A DNA stretch of 21,274 nucleotides, taken from NCBI GenBank assembly GCA_964525635.1, contig CAZGJX010000078.1, forward strand, positions 242-21,515, in the 5' to 3' direction. The translations under genes were made by a program, and so were the position numbers. Shown piece by piece: positions 9,257 to 18,098 of this stretch (the stretch's first letter is position 1; each line of letters starts with the position of its first letter). The notes below the pieces were generated by a model. The model did not search any database. It was not told where the DNA came from and saw only the letters and a program-made list of their open reading frames with translations. This stretch comes from an uncultured archaeon. GTDB lineage: Archaea > Asgardarchaeota > Lokiarchaeia > Sigyniarchaeales > SOKP01.

Positions 9257-10458
9257 ATATATATTCCTTTAGTTTCTAATTTATGAAGAATTAAATTTTC
9301 CAGTCTTTTCAATGGTATATCTAGGATTTTGATATATGATTTTCTTCCTTGTATATTTCTACTTTTTAATTTTATTAATACAAGACCATCTTTTCTGAAT
9401 TCATTTAAGTAATTCCATAATTGAGAATAAGATTTCGGTTTGTTTTTAATATTTTCACATATTATATGATATTGTTCCAGAGTTTCAGAAAGAGAAACAG
9501 CTGTTTTTTTTGTTTTTTTTAGTGAAATTGTGATTGACAACAAGAAAAGTAACCTTTCATATTTCAAATATTTTAATATATCATGAATTGAATATGGTAA
9601 TGATTCTTGATTAGCTAATCTTAAGCATTCTGTTGAAATGTAATTTAAATCTTTATTTTCTGCTATTTTGCAAGCTTTCCACAAAATAGTAAGACCATAA
9701 CGAATATCTCCTTTAGTATAAGTAATTTCAGATAACATTTTGATTACATCATCAGATATAGAATTACTTTTTAAACTTAATTTTATTCTATATTTTAAAA
9801 TATCAAAAATCTGTTCTATAGAATATGTATTAAATTTGATTATATTATTTTGCAGCGTACTAATAGTACTTGAATCTAAATTATTTAAACAGGATAGGTC
9901 TCTTACTATTCCAATTAACGATATTCGTTGAGGGCTATTAAAAGAATCATCATAAATTCTTGTTAAAGAGTAGATTAGATCTTTATCATTCTCTATTAAA
10001 TAATTTAATTCATCCAATACCAATAAAACATGCATATCTTCATTTTGAAGTGATTTTATAATAAATTCCAAGAGATCTTGTGGTGAATAGCCTCTTTTAG
10101 GAAAATCTTGTTGAATATCTCTTACAATGTTAATTAAAACCTTATAACTAGTTCTTTCTTTTCTGCAATTTATATGAATATATTTAATACTAATCTCTCT
10201 CTTTTGACCAACTTTGTGCAACATATCTCCAAAAATTTTAACTGTGGCTGTTTTTCCAATTCCCGTATTTCCTGTTATTAATATTTTTCTTGATGTTGAA
10301 TTTGGATTTGTAATTAAGGATAAAAAAAGTTGAGATAATAGTGATAATTCTTTTTCCCGATGTGGTAATTTATCTGGAATATAATTTATATCCAATGTAT
10401 TTTCTGCCTTAAATAAAGTCTCTTTTTTTAGAAAGTTTTCAAAATAATTAGTTACCAT
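9253..10458 (-). CDS. cdc6: Orc1/Cdc6 replication initiator AAA+ ATPase
   Basis: YIPDKLPHREKE, Walker A GNTGIGKT, HINC, Walker B LVLDE, GDIRYGL sensor-2 region, C-terminal winged helix. Confidence 0.95.
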   Translation of the reverse strand: MVTNYFENFLKKETLFKAENTLDINYIPDKLPHREKELSLLSQLFLSLITNPNSTSRKILITGNTGIGKTATVKIFGDMLHKVGQKREISIKYIHINCRKERTSYKVLINIVRDIQQDFPKRGYSPQDLLEFIIKSLQNEDMHVLLVLDELNYLIENDKDLIYSLTRIYDDSFNSPQRISLIGIVRDLSCLNNLDSSTISTLQNNIIKFNTYSIEQIFDILKYRIKLSLKSNSISDDVIKMLSEITYTKGDIRYGLTILWKACKIAENKDLNYISTECLRLANQESLPYSIHDILKYLKYERLLFLLSITISLKKTKKTAVSLSETLEQYHIICENIKNKPKSYSQLWNYLNEFRKDGLVLIKLKSRNIQGRKSYIKILDIPLKRLENLILHKLETKGIYI

Positions 10459-10741
10459 GACTATCCTCTAGATCCTGTATATTATTAATATAATAAAAAA
10501 AACATTTATAAGAGAAATGAGTGTAGTGATTTTTTATAATTAATTTCATTTAATATCTAAAATTAAATGTTTTTTTTAAACGTAAACTAAAAGTTTATGT
10601 CGGGCACATCCTTCATTATTTTCGTAAATCAAATAAATATAAAGGTATATCAATAGTTCTAATAAGTAAATATATTTGAATAAGTTTAATATAAGTTATA
10701 TTATAATTCTGTTTACTATATCTATTTAACTGAACGAAAAA

Positions 10742-11974
10742 TTAATAACTGAATACAATATCTTCTATAGAACTTCTTTTTTTTTTCAATAAAACTAGTT
10801 TTACTAACAAATAAAGAGTTATAGTTGAAGAAATTAAAAAAAAGAATAGGATTGATATAAAAAATGTTGTATCAAAAGGTGCTAAATCTTCAATAATCTC
10901 TAAAGTTAAAAATGTTATATTCCCATTTAAAAATTGAGTTCCATTAACTATTATAGAGATATTTATTAGTGCAGACGTTTGTAAGAAAGTCAAATCTTTA
11001 TTTAAGATATTAATATATACAATTCCAGATAGATTCGATATATACATTTCTTCATATATTAAAGAATCTGAAATTCTTACTTGAAATAAAATTGAATGGT
11101 TGACTAAAGGTATTTCCAAAGTACCATTAAAATAATAATGATAGATTATTAAGTTGAAATCTTCATTTTCTTTGAGAATTAGTTTATATTCTATTATTTC
11201 TATAAATACTGGGGCTTTTTCTACATATATATTATATATAAATGATTTTTGAGAATATAAATCAAAATTATCTATTGTTATATTTAGAAGATTTATTCCA
11301 ATTGATAAATCCAAATTTGATGATATAGAAAAAGAAACAAGACTAGTGTTATTCATATAAAATTCTCTATTTAATAATTTTAAATTATCAGAATAAGTGC
11401 TAATAATTATTTTCAAATTCCCTAAATATGTCTGATTTTCAAAATCAAGGAACCTTGCAGTCAATGATAAACTTTCCCCATAAATAATATTCTCTCTTAG
11501 GCCATCTAATTCACAAATCAATTCCTTTTTATTTATATTAATAGTATAATTACCATAATGTTCATATCTTTCTATTGGTTCGATTGATGATTTAAAATAA
11601 TAAAATAAAGTGATAATATGTGAAGCACAATGATTACTAAAATTGAGATTAAGATTGTTTATCGAAACATTCATAACTTTTTCGATAACATATCCATTTT
11701 CATATAATCCCATTTCATGATATTCAGATGAATTCCACTTTAATATATTAAGAGAATCATAAATTCTAATTTGTACGTAAGAGATTTCATTTTCTTGATT
11801 ATATAATAATATCCAGGAAGCATTTATTATAATAGTCTCATCATAAAAATAATCTTGTTTATTTATATTTAAATAATTAAAACCAAAATATCCTTCTGCT
11901 TTAATTGGCTTAATGAAACTGATAAAACTCACAAAAATACATATAATTAATAAAATTATTCCTTTTTTTTTCAC
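10742..11974 (-). CDS. Secreted, C-terminally membrane-anchored surface protein with beta-rich (Ig-like) repeats
   Basis: N-terminal signal peptide (MKKKG-hydrophobic-IKA/E), many N-x-S/T sequons, C-terminal TM helix followed by KKKR. GTG start. Confidence 0.75.
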   Translation of the reverse strand: MKKKGIILLIICIFVSFISFIKPIKAEGYFGFNYLNINKQDYFYDETIIINASWILLYNQENEISYVQIRIYDSLNILKWNSSEYHEMGLYENGYVIEKVMNVSINNLNLNFSNHCASHIITLFYYFKSSIEPIERYEHYGNYTININKKELICELDGLRENIIYGESLSLTARFLDFENQTYLGNLKIIISTYSDNLKLLNREFYMNNTSLVSFSISSNLDLSIGINLLNITIDNFDLYSQKSFIYNIYVEKAPVFIEIIEYKLILKENEDFNLIIYHYYFNGTLEIPLVNHSILFQVRISDSLIYEEMYISNLSGIVYINILNKDLTFLQTSALINISIIVNGTQFLNGNITFLTLEIIEDLAPFDTTFFISILFFFLISSTITLYLLVKLVLLKKKRSSIEDIVFSY

Positions 11975-12335
11975 ATAAATTATTTTTCATAAATCTTTTT
12001 AAACATCACTAGCTTATCGCTTATATCTTGATATGAAAATCTCCTTTTAAATCATTAGAACTTAAAGAATCTAGATTCATATTCCTGAATGAGCAGTTAA
12101 TATCGTAGAAAATCTATCATAAGGCTCTAATCTAAAAATTTTTGAGCTTTATGAAATTTTAGTAAAATATTATTACTCCCTACTATATCTCTATTTTGTG
12201 TACAATTAAGAAAGGATGATCATATATAATAGAATAATAATGGAAAATCTATTATTGCTAAAAATCCGAATTTCTTTAACATTTTAGATAAAAAAGAAGA
12301 GGGACTTTTTTAAAACTAGAATAATGATTTTTATT

Positions 12336-13022
12336 CTATTTATCTAGATCCTTAGAAAATTTTGTATATTCATCACCTATGGGGGCACCACCATTTCCAT
12401 ATATTTGATATAAAACGGTTCTTCTTGCACATTCACTGAAACTTCTATAAACGTCTTTCTTTTTTTCCCATAATGCACATGTTTTATAAATGATTGGATT
12501 CCAAATATAAAGTTCATTATCTGGTTCATACCATAATTTTTCATCCTTCAAAATTTGTTTAAAGTCTTCCTCTGCTATTACTTCTGTCAAATCCTGTTTA
12601 TTTAACATAATAATTAAAGGAATTTCTTTGACTAATTTACCTCTAGTAACGTTTTTTAACTCTTTTAATGATTCTATGTTATCCTCAAAAAAATGGGTTT
12701 GTGAATCAACAGTAAAAATAACTCCATCTGTTCCTTTAAAAATTTTCTTTCTCAATGGAGAAAATCTGCTTTGACCCGCAACAGTATAAACATGATAAAA
12801 AACTTTTCTCTGTTTTGTAGATTGGAAAATACCTCTATCAAAATATAAAGTAGAACCACTTGCCATTGAAATCTTTGTTAAATTTCCTGTAGGTTTAATA
12901 TCTTGTTCTGTTTCATTAGTTAATCTATATAAAGTGTCAACTACTGTAGTTTTACCAGATCCTCCCATCCCCCAATATAGAATTTTTATATAGACTTTAT
13001 GATCTGCTGTAAAACGAACCAC
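12336..13022 (-). CDS. Small GTPase, MglA/Arf-like (Ras superfamily)
   Basis: G1 GMGGSGKTT, TLYFD switch I, G3 TVAGQ (MglA-type, non-DxxG), DGVIFTVDS, G4 NKQD, G5 CA. GTG start. Confidence 0.9.
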   Translation of the reverse strand: MVRFTADHKVYIKILYWGMGGSGKTTVVDTLYRLTNETEQDIKPTGNLTKISMASGSTLYFDRGIFQSTKQRKVFYHVYTVAGQSRFSPLRKKIFKGTDGVIFTVDSQTHFFEDNIESLKELKNVTRGKLVKEIPLIIMLNKQDLTEVIAEEDFKQILKDEKLWYEPDNELYIWNPIIYKTCALWEKKKDVYRSFSECARRTVLYQIYGNGGAPIGDEYTKFSKDLDK

Positions 13023-13609
13023 TTGAAATCAACCTTTTATTTAATATGATTTTTAATTGAAAATATTTTAATGATAAAATATTCTTTAAATTTTTATTAA
13101 TTTTATAGTATTGAATATTATTATAATTAAGTATTTACAAATGATATTATATTTTTTTTTTAATAATAAAATAAATAAGATTCAATCTAATATATTTTAA
13201 TTTATTTTTTTTTTGATAGTATTTTTTTAGAGTATTTTATTTTTAAAAAACTATTTTTTTAATAAAATATAAATAAATAACATAAATTTCTTTATTCACT
13301 AGGTCTTGAGAAATCCACAACCTTATCATCCATTTTTATTACCTCTATCTGATTTTTTACCTAGTTTCTGAGAATAATATAACTCACATTTGACAAAACT
13401 CTTGTTTTTCTTCAATTATATAATTATATTTTTTCTAGACTTTATATAAGGAATTAAAAAAAATAAGATACTTCCAATTATCCCTCTTTCTCTCTCTAAA
13501 ATTATGTTTCAATACAATATAATAAATAGTCAATTAAATGGAAAATTATACCTAAAAATCCATATAAATCGGGCGCGCATTTCATAAAATAATAAAATGA
13601 AATTAAATT

Positions 13610-14629
13610 ATGAGACAAATGAACATACATCAAGAATATAGTCAGGAATGTCCTGAATGTGGTGGATTTATTATATATACTAACTCTGAGAAGATTTGCA
13701 AAGAATGTGGCTTAGTTATGGATACACTCTTTAAAAACTCATCTTATAGTTTTAAAGATTCTTATAATAATAATCATCTATGTAAACAATATGTTGCCCT
13801 AGGAGATAGAACGGATTATATTGGGGGATTAGGATCATATATTGGATATGAAAATTCGAAATATCTAAAAGATAATTCTGGAAAATTATTATCTCCTAAT
13901 GAACAACGACTCTATCGTAGATTAAAAAAAAATTATTCTCAATTTTTGAGGATTAAGAATCATGAGACAGAGTATCGGATTTTTAATATTCTAAATAAAA
14001 TAACACTTTATTTAAACCTAAATAAAAATATAAAACATAATGCTGCGTATTATTACAAAAAAATTCTTAAAAATGAAAAAAAAATTATCAATAATATATC
14101 CTTAATAGCATTTTGTATTTTCTTTGCAGCAAGAAAAGAAAATCATAATGCTCCAATTACAATAAAGGAGATTTCTAATATCTTTCAAAAATTCGGTCAT
14201 AGAGTGAATCCAAGGCTTATTTTAAGGGATGGTTTAAAATATAAAAAATATTTAATGGTTAATGTAAAACCACATAAAAGTGAAGATTATCTTAATAGAT
14301 TAATGACTCAAGTAATGAATCATGATGATCTACACGAAAGATTAATAAAAAAAGATATAGATTGGACAAAAGAAGAGTTTCAGAATAAATTAATAAAAAA
14401 ATCACTTGAAATTATGAAAAAATTAACATCCTGGGAACGAGGTGGGAGAAATCCATTTATATTAACTGGGGCAATAATATATTTAGCAGATAAGCTAATG
14501 ACAAAAGAATATGGAAAGAAACCAATATTAACACAGAAATTAATCTCTGAAGCAACAAATATAGCCGAATATTCTATTCGAGATCACTATGTAAATTTAT
14601 TAAAACCTTTATTTATGCAAGTGAAATAG
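13610..14629 (+). CDS. tfb: Divergent transcription initiation factor B (TFB/TFIIB) paralogue
   Basis: Zn ribbon CPECGG...ICKECGLV, two cyclin-like repeats, GRNP motif, C-terminal HTH TQKLISEATNIAEYSIRDHY. Confidence 0.85.
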   Translation: MRQMNIHQEYSQECPECGGFIIYTNSEKICKECGLVMDTLFKNSSYSFKDSYNNNHLCKQYVALGDRTDYIGGLGSYIGYENSKYLKDNSGKLLSPNEQRLYRRLKKNYSQFLRIKNHETEYRIFNILNKITLYLNLNKNIKHNAAYYYKKILKNEKKIINNISLIAFCIFFAARKENHNAPITIKEISNIFQKFGHRVNPRLILRDGLKYKKYLMVNVKPHKSEDYLNRLMTQVMNHDDLHERLIKKDIDWTKEEFQNKLIKKSLEIMKKLTSWERGGRNPFILTGAIIYLADKLMTKEYGKKPILTQKLISEATNIAEYSIRDHYVNLLKPLFMQVK

Positions 14630-14779
14630 TTAATTTTTTTAGAAAAAGTTGGGAATGAATCTAGTAATAAATGGGAATTATTTATAAAGGTGACCCCCCC
14701 CCCTTTTTGTTTAAATACACATAATTCAATATTAGAGTATAGTTGAATACAACGGATATTTAACTCAAAAAATTTTATT

Positions 14780-15470
14780 ATAAAAAAATATGATTTATGG
14801 ATTCATTGGAAGCAGGGAGATGAATGCTCCAAATTTATCATGAACGCAGGGGGATGCATGGAAGGTTTACTTGCGTGGGCTAACAGCATGGAACCAAATG
14901 CGAAAAAAATAAGGCGTTTAGTCGAGATTTTAGGATAAAGAATTAGAGATTGATTCATGTGTTCATGATATTCTCTTATATGGTGATGAAGAACCATTAG
15001 AACAAGCATTTCAAGAAGACCTAATTGGGTGTCATGAAATCCCTGATCCTGAAGAAATTGAGGAAACTTATAATTTAGAATCTAACTTTTATGAGGCTAA
15101 ATTCGAAGAATTAAAAACAATTGAGAGAAGATGTATAAAATGTTCAAAAGACCTAAGATTTGAGGATTTCTATACGACTTATAGATTAAAGCTAAACGAG
15201 GAGGAGATCATAAAGTTATGGAATAACAATACCCTTCAATTTTTCTGTTGTACGTGTTTTGGAAAAATGAAATGTAACTCATGCGATAATCTTTTAGAAT
15301 TTACCTCATTTGACACCAGACTCTATTTTTTCTGTAGTAAATGTTTATCAGACATCCTTAAGCAGACTCAAGAGTATGGCACCAAAAAAAATTTAGAGAA
15401 ATTCATACAATCACTTCTAAAGATAAGCGATATCATCGAGGATGGAACGATTGAGATTATAAAAAAGTAA
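14780..15470 (+). pseudogene. Frameshifted gene (~230 aa) for a multi-Zn-finger protein; the 67-aa ORF at 15267 is only its C-terminus
   Basis: Frame A 14780-14938 reads (I)KKYDLWIHWKQGDE...KIRRLVEILG*. Frame B is open from 14934 to 15470 without an earlier ATG: DKELEIDSCVHDILLYGDEE...RCIKCSKD...KLWNNNTLQFFCCTCFGKMKCNSC...FFCSKC. Confidence 0.7.
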
Positions 15471-15496
15471 AATAAAAGGTAAGAAAATTAAAAGAT

Positions 15497-16168
15497 TTAG
15501 GTTGAATTACTAAAAGCATATATTAACTTTTTAAAATATTTATATAGTTCTATTGTTTTTTCAATCTCTTTTGTAAGGATTTCTAAAAATTGTGGAATAT
15601 CATCCCTAAAGTTTTTCATATTTTCTGAATTGATTTTAAAAAATTGTTTATACATATCCAAGTTGTTATCTTTAATTTCTAACTGAATTGTTATTGTGTG
15701 TATAGTATCTCCCAGTAGAAATTTAATTTTACTATCATCTGAATTATCTTTATTTTGAAAATTATGAATAAATTTAGCAGTACCAAGATTTGTTGCTGCA
15801 ATTCTTCTTTTATGTTTGTTTTGTAAAATAATATACAAATAATGTCCATATTTTTTCTTTTTTAATTTATAACTAGCTATTTCATGATATGGATAATATT
15901 TTTTTCTTAGTCTTTGAATCAATATTCCATTTTCATATACAAGTATATAAGTTCTATAAGTTATTACAGAAAAAGGAAGTATAGATAAAGCCATACAACC
16001 TATAAAAGCAATCCAGATCCAGGAAACTATAAGTTGATCTGCCGATTCAAACATTAAGAAAATAAGAATAGAGCATATAATCGCAAAAAACAATATCCAC
16101 ATGATCCCCGCTAAACCCTCATTTTTATTACTATTTGTGATTTCATACATTTTGTTTCCTTTTTCCAT
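15497..16168 (-). CDS. Hypothetical membrane protein, two TM helices plus a possible PH-like beta domain
   Basis: Two hydrophobic helices, then YILVYENGILI...YYPYHEIASY...LYIIL, a pattern resembling bacterial PH-like domains. Confidence 0.65.
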   Translation of the reverse strand: MEKGNKMYEITNSNKNEGLAGIMWILFFAIICSILIFLMFESADQLIVSWIWIAFIGCMALSILPFSVITYRTYILVYENGILIQRLRKKYYPYHEIASYKLKKKKYGHYLYIILQNKHKRRIAATNLGTAKFIHNFQNKDNSDDSKIKFLLGDTIHTITIQLEIKDNNLDMYKQFFKINSENMKNFRDDIPQFLEILTKEIEKTIELYKYFKKLIYAFSNST

Positions 16169-16721
16169 ATTACTTCTATTAGATTATTATACTTAAATAT
16201 GTTATTCAGAGAAAATCATTTTAAGAATTCACTTTTAGATTAATCAAGTTTAGATAATCATTAGTCAAGGTGAAGTCAGGATCTCATACTTATTTTATTA
16301 ATATCATATCTCTTTCTCTCTAAATAATAAGAATAGAAGCCAACTCCTTATCTCCAATTAAATAGAATATTGTCGCTATACTAAATAAAATATATTTAGA
16401 ATCATAATTCGCAGAAGATAGATTCAAAGCATCCAGTTATTATTAACGAACATCTATTCCCTCCCAATTAGAGTCATCCTTGGAAAAGTAGTTTTTGAAA
16501 ATTGTTTTTGAGGTATTAAGAAGTTGTTTTTCAAGGATCTTACCAAGGTAAAAAATAGTGATAAAAAGCTATTTTTGATAATAATAAGATTAAATTGTTG
16601 TTTTTTTCTGATGTACTTACTAAATAATAACAATAAAAAGTTGTATAAAGGTGTGTAGAAGTACATCAGACTTGATTTTTTAAAATAAAAATGTTATTAA
16701 AAAGTAGTCTTACTAGATATA

Positions 16722-16791
16722 TTGCCCAATCCCTAATAGACGCGGTTGAGGACTCACCCGAAGCACTCATCTTTAGATAGGATTAATTCAC
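16722..16791 (+). mobile_element. Eroded right end of an IS200/IS605-type (tnpB) element
   Basis: GAAGC-ACTCATC-TTTA-GATAGGAT-TAATTCAC resembles the GAAGC-stem-TTTA-stem-TAGTTCAC right end. It sits in a locally GC-richer patch, and one frame ends ...SPEALIFR*, like tnpB tails. Confidence 0.55.
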
Positions 16792-16810
16792 TAAATTTTT
16801 TAAATTATCT

Positions 16811-16824
16811 AAGTTTATAAATAA
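16811..16824 (+). promoter_or_regulatory. TATA box of the tRNA-Glu gene
   Basis: TTTATAAA at 16814-16821, about 27-34 nt upstream of the mature tRNA 5' end. Confidence 0.5.
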
Positions 16825-16847
16825 TCAAGACTACAATATTAATTGAA

Positions 16848-16953
16848 GCTTCTGTAGTGTAGTTCGGTCAATCTTAAAATTATACTTCAAATTAAGGATT
16901 ATGCATATGAGGCTCTCACCCTCGTGACCCGGGTTCAAATCCCGGCAGAAGCA
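16848..16953 (+). tRNA. tRNA-Glu (anticodon CTC) with a 31-nt intron at non-canonical position 21/22 (16872-16902)
   Basis: Acceptor stem GCTTCTG/CAGAAGC, T arm CCGGG-TTCAAAT-CCCGG, anticodon arm TGAGG-CTCTCAC-CCTCG. Removing 16872-16902 restores the D arm (GTGT/GCAT) and gives 75 nt. No encoded CCA; a T-tract follows. Confidence 0.95.
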
Positions 16954-17089
16954 TATTTTTCATAAATATATAATTTAATTAGAATAATATAAGTTCTTTT
17001 AGAGAAATGCAAATATTACTAAAATAAAATTAAGTTTGCATATATATTTAGAAAGGAGGAGGAACTTCAAGTGATAAAGTAATCCCTTA

Positions 17090-17485
17090 TTATGAATTAA
17101 TAAAACCTAAGAATTCCATCAAATTATATAAATCTCTTAATAGATATATATATTCTTTTAATTTTTCTGTTTGATCTTCTTGTTTTATTATTTCGAGAAG
17201 CCAATTTATTTTTTCTTCTAATATATCATAAGTGTTCGTTAAGAGAATATGGTTGTCTTTAATAATTGTTTGATTAATTTCATGTAGTTGTTTATGTTTT
17301 GAATCTTGCTTTTTCTTATTTTTATCCTTTTCATTAACAATTATTATTTTTCTATTACATGAAGCACATATTAATTCCCCGTCTTTATCTCGAAATATAG
17401 GTGTATTACATTCAGGACACGCTTCATTAAGCATTGTGTATCCTAACCGAAGTAATTCAGCCATCTTCGTTATATTTTCCTTCAA
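17090..17485 (-). CDS. UPF0148 / SSSCA1 (autoantigen p27) family Zn-ribbon protein
   Basis: KMAELLRLGYTMLNEACPECNTPIFRDKDGELICASC. Confidence 0.9.
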   Translation of the reverse strand: MKENITKMAELLRLGYTMLNEACPECNTPIFRDKDGELICASCNRKIIIVNEKDKNKKKQDSKHKQLHEINQTIIKDNHILLTNTYDILEEKINWLLEIIKQEDQTEKLKEYIYLLRDLYNLMEFLGFINS

Positions 17486-17527
17486 TAATATCCACTATGT
17501 TATATTTTTATTTAAAAAAATTTTTCT

Positions 17528-17719
17528 TTACTTATTTTTCATTTTTAGAAGGCTCACGATATATCCTGAAATCCTATTTCTTAGATGTTTTGAATCAATC
17601 TCAAGATATTTATCTAAAAGCTTTTTATTTTCATCAAAATCAATTGTGAATATATCAGGGTATTTATTAATTAATTCGTTCGAAATATTCTTTATTAATA
17701 CAGTTCTAACTTTTCCCAT
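17528..17719 (-). CDS. rps17e: 30S ribosomal protein S17e (eS17)
   Basis: MGKVRT..IK....ELI.KYP..FT.DFDENKK......SKHLRNRISGYI. Confidence 0.97.
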   Translation of the reverse strand: MGKVRTVLIKNISNELINKYPDIFTIDFDENKKLLDKYLEIDSKHLRNRISGYIVSLLKMKNK

Positions 17720-17822
17720 ATTTTTTCATTTCTATTAGTTTATTCAATTTTTATTCCTACTTATCAGATTAATGTTTTATAAAATAAATGTTTTATTCAT
17801 ATTTTAAGATTAATTTTTTTAT

Positions 17823-18098
17823 CATAAAAATAAAAGAATACCCATTCATTTAGGGATGGGATGGATTTTATAATAAAATGATTTAAAAATCAATAATATC
17901 TCTCACATCCTATCTTTAAATAAAAGGAATTCTCTCTAGTAAATAGTGATGATAAATTAGATAACCAATAATGCATCATCATTCTACTGTAGGGCCTATG
18001 GGATGTCAAGCGTTTGAAAAAACTGTAAGACTCAAGCGATTCATTGAGCTCGTTTCAATGAATTAAGAATCCAACACCATTGGGTGGTGGTAGTTCAA
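17823..18098 (+). mobile_element. Non-autonomous, internally deleted IS200/IS605 derivative: left-end hairpin, omega-RNA-like 3' region and right end
   Basis: Left hairpin CCCATTC-ATTTAG-GGATGGG (17841-17860). The 3' part ACTGTAGGGCCTATGGGATGTCAAGCG...TCAATGAATTAAGAATCCAACACC-ATTG-GGTGGTGG-TAGTTCAA ends in TTCAA at 18098. No tnpA/tnpB ORF. Left boundary approximate. Confidence 0.75.

Noticed and set aside
9740-9931. 63-aa + strand ORF
   Set aside because: Antisense shadow within cdc6.
10459-10741. Replication origin upstream of cdc6
   Set aside because: AT-rich, but I found no repeated ORB/mini-ORB (TCCA-TGGAAA, G-string) motifs. It cannot be supported without skew or marker-frequency data.
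11960-11974. Class III signal-like KG/II at the N-terminus of the 410-aa surface protein
   Set aside because: It also has an SPase I-like site (IKA/E) and a C-terminal anchor, so an ordinary Sec substrate is more likely than a pilin.
13292-13345. 13-codon - strand ORF (MDDKVVDFSRPSE) with a GAGGT SD-like motif upstream of the GTPase
   Set aside because: Too short to distinguish from chance.
10600-13580. Shared TCGGGCRC motif upstream of cdc6 (10600) and tfb (13569)
   Set aside because: Only two short copies, in opposite orientation relative to their genes; insufficient evidence.
14790-14913. Selenocysteine read-through of TGA codons after ATG 14790/14797
   Set aside because: Both frames hit TAA soon after, and no SECIS was recognised. 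The third frame is the protein-like one.
14803-15009. 68-aa - strand ORF
   Set aside because: Antisense to the more protein-like frameshifted + strand gene.
16320-16436. TPR-like fragment on the - strand (LDALNLSSANYDSKYILFSIATIFYLIGDKELA)
   Set aside because: Bounded by stops and only vaguely similar; possibly gene debris.
16454-16666. 70-aa - strand ORF
   Set aside because: Low-complexity, no motif, and overlaps hairpin/inverted-repeat DNA; likely spurious.
17434-17738. Two + strand ORFs (71 and 100 aa)
   Set aside because: Antisense shadows of rps17e and the UPF0148 gene.
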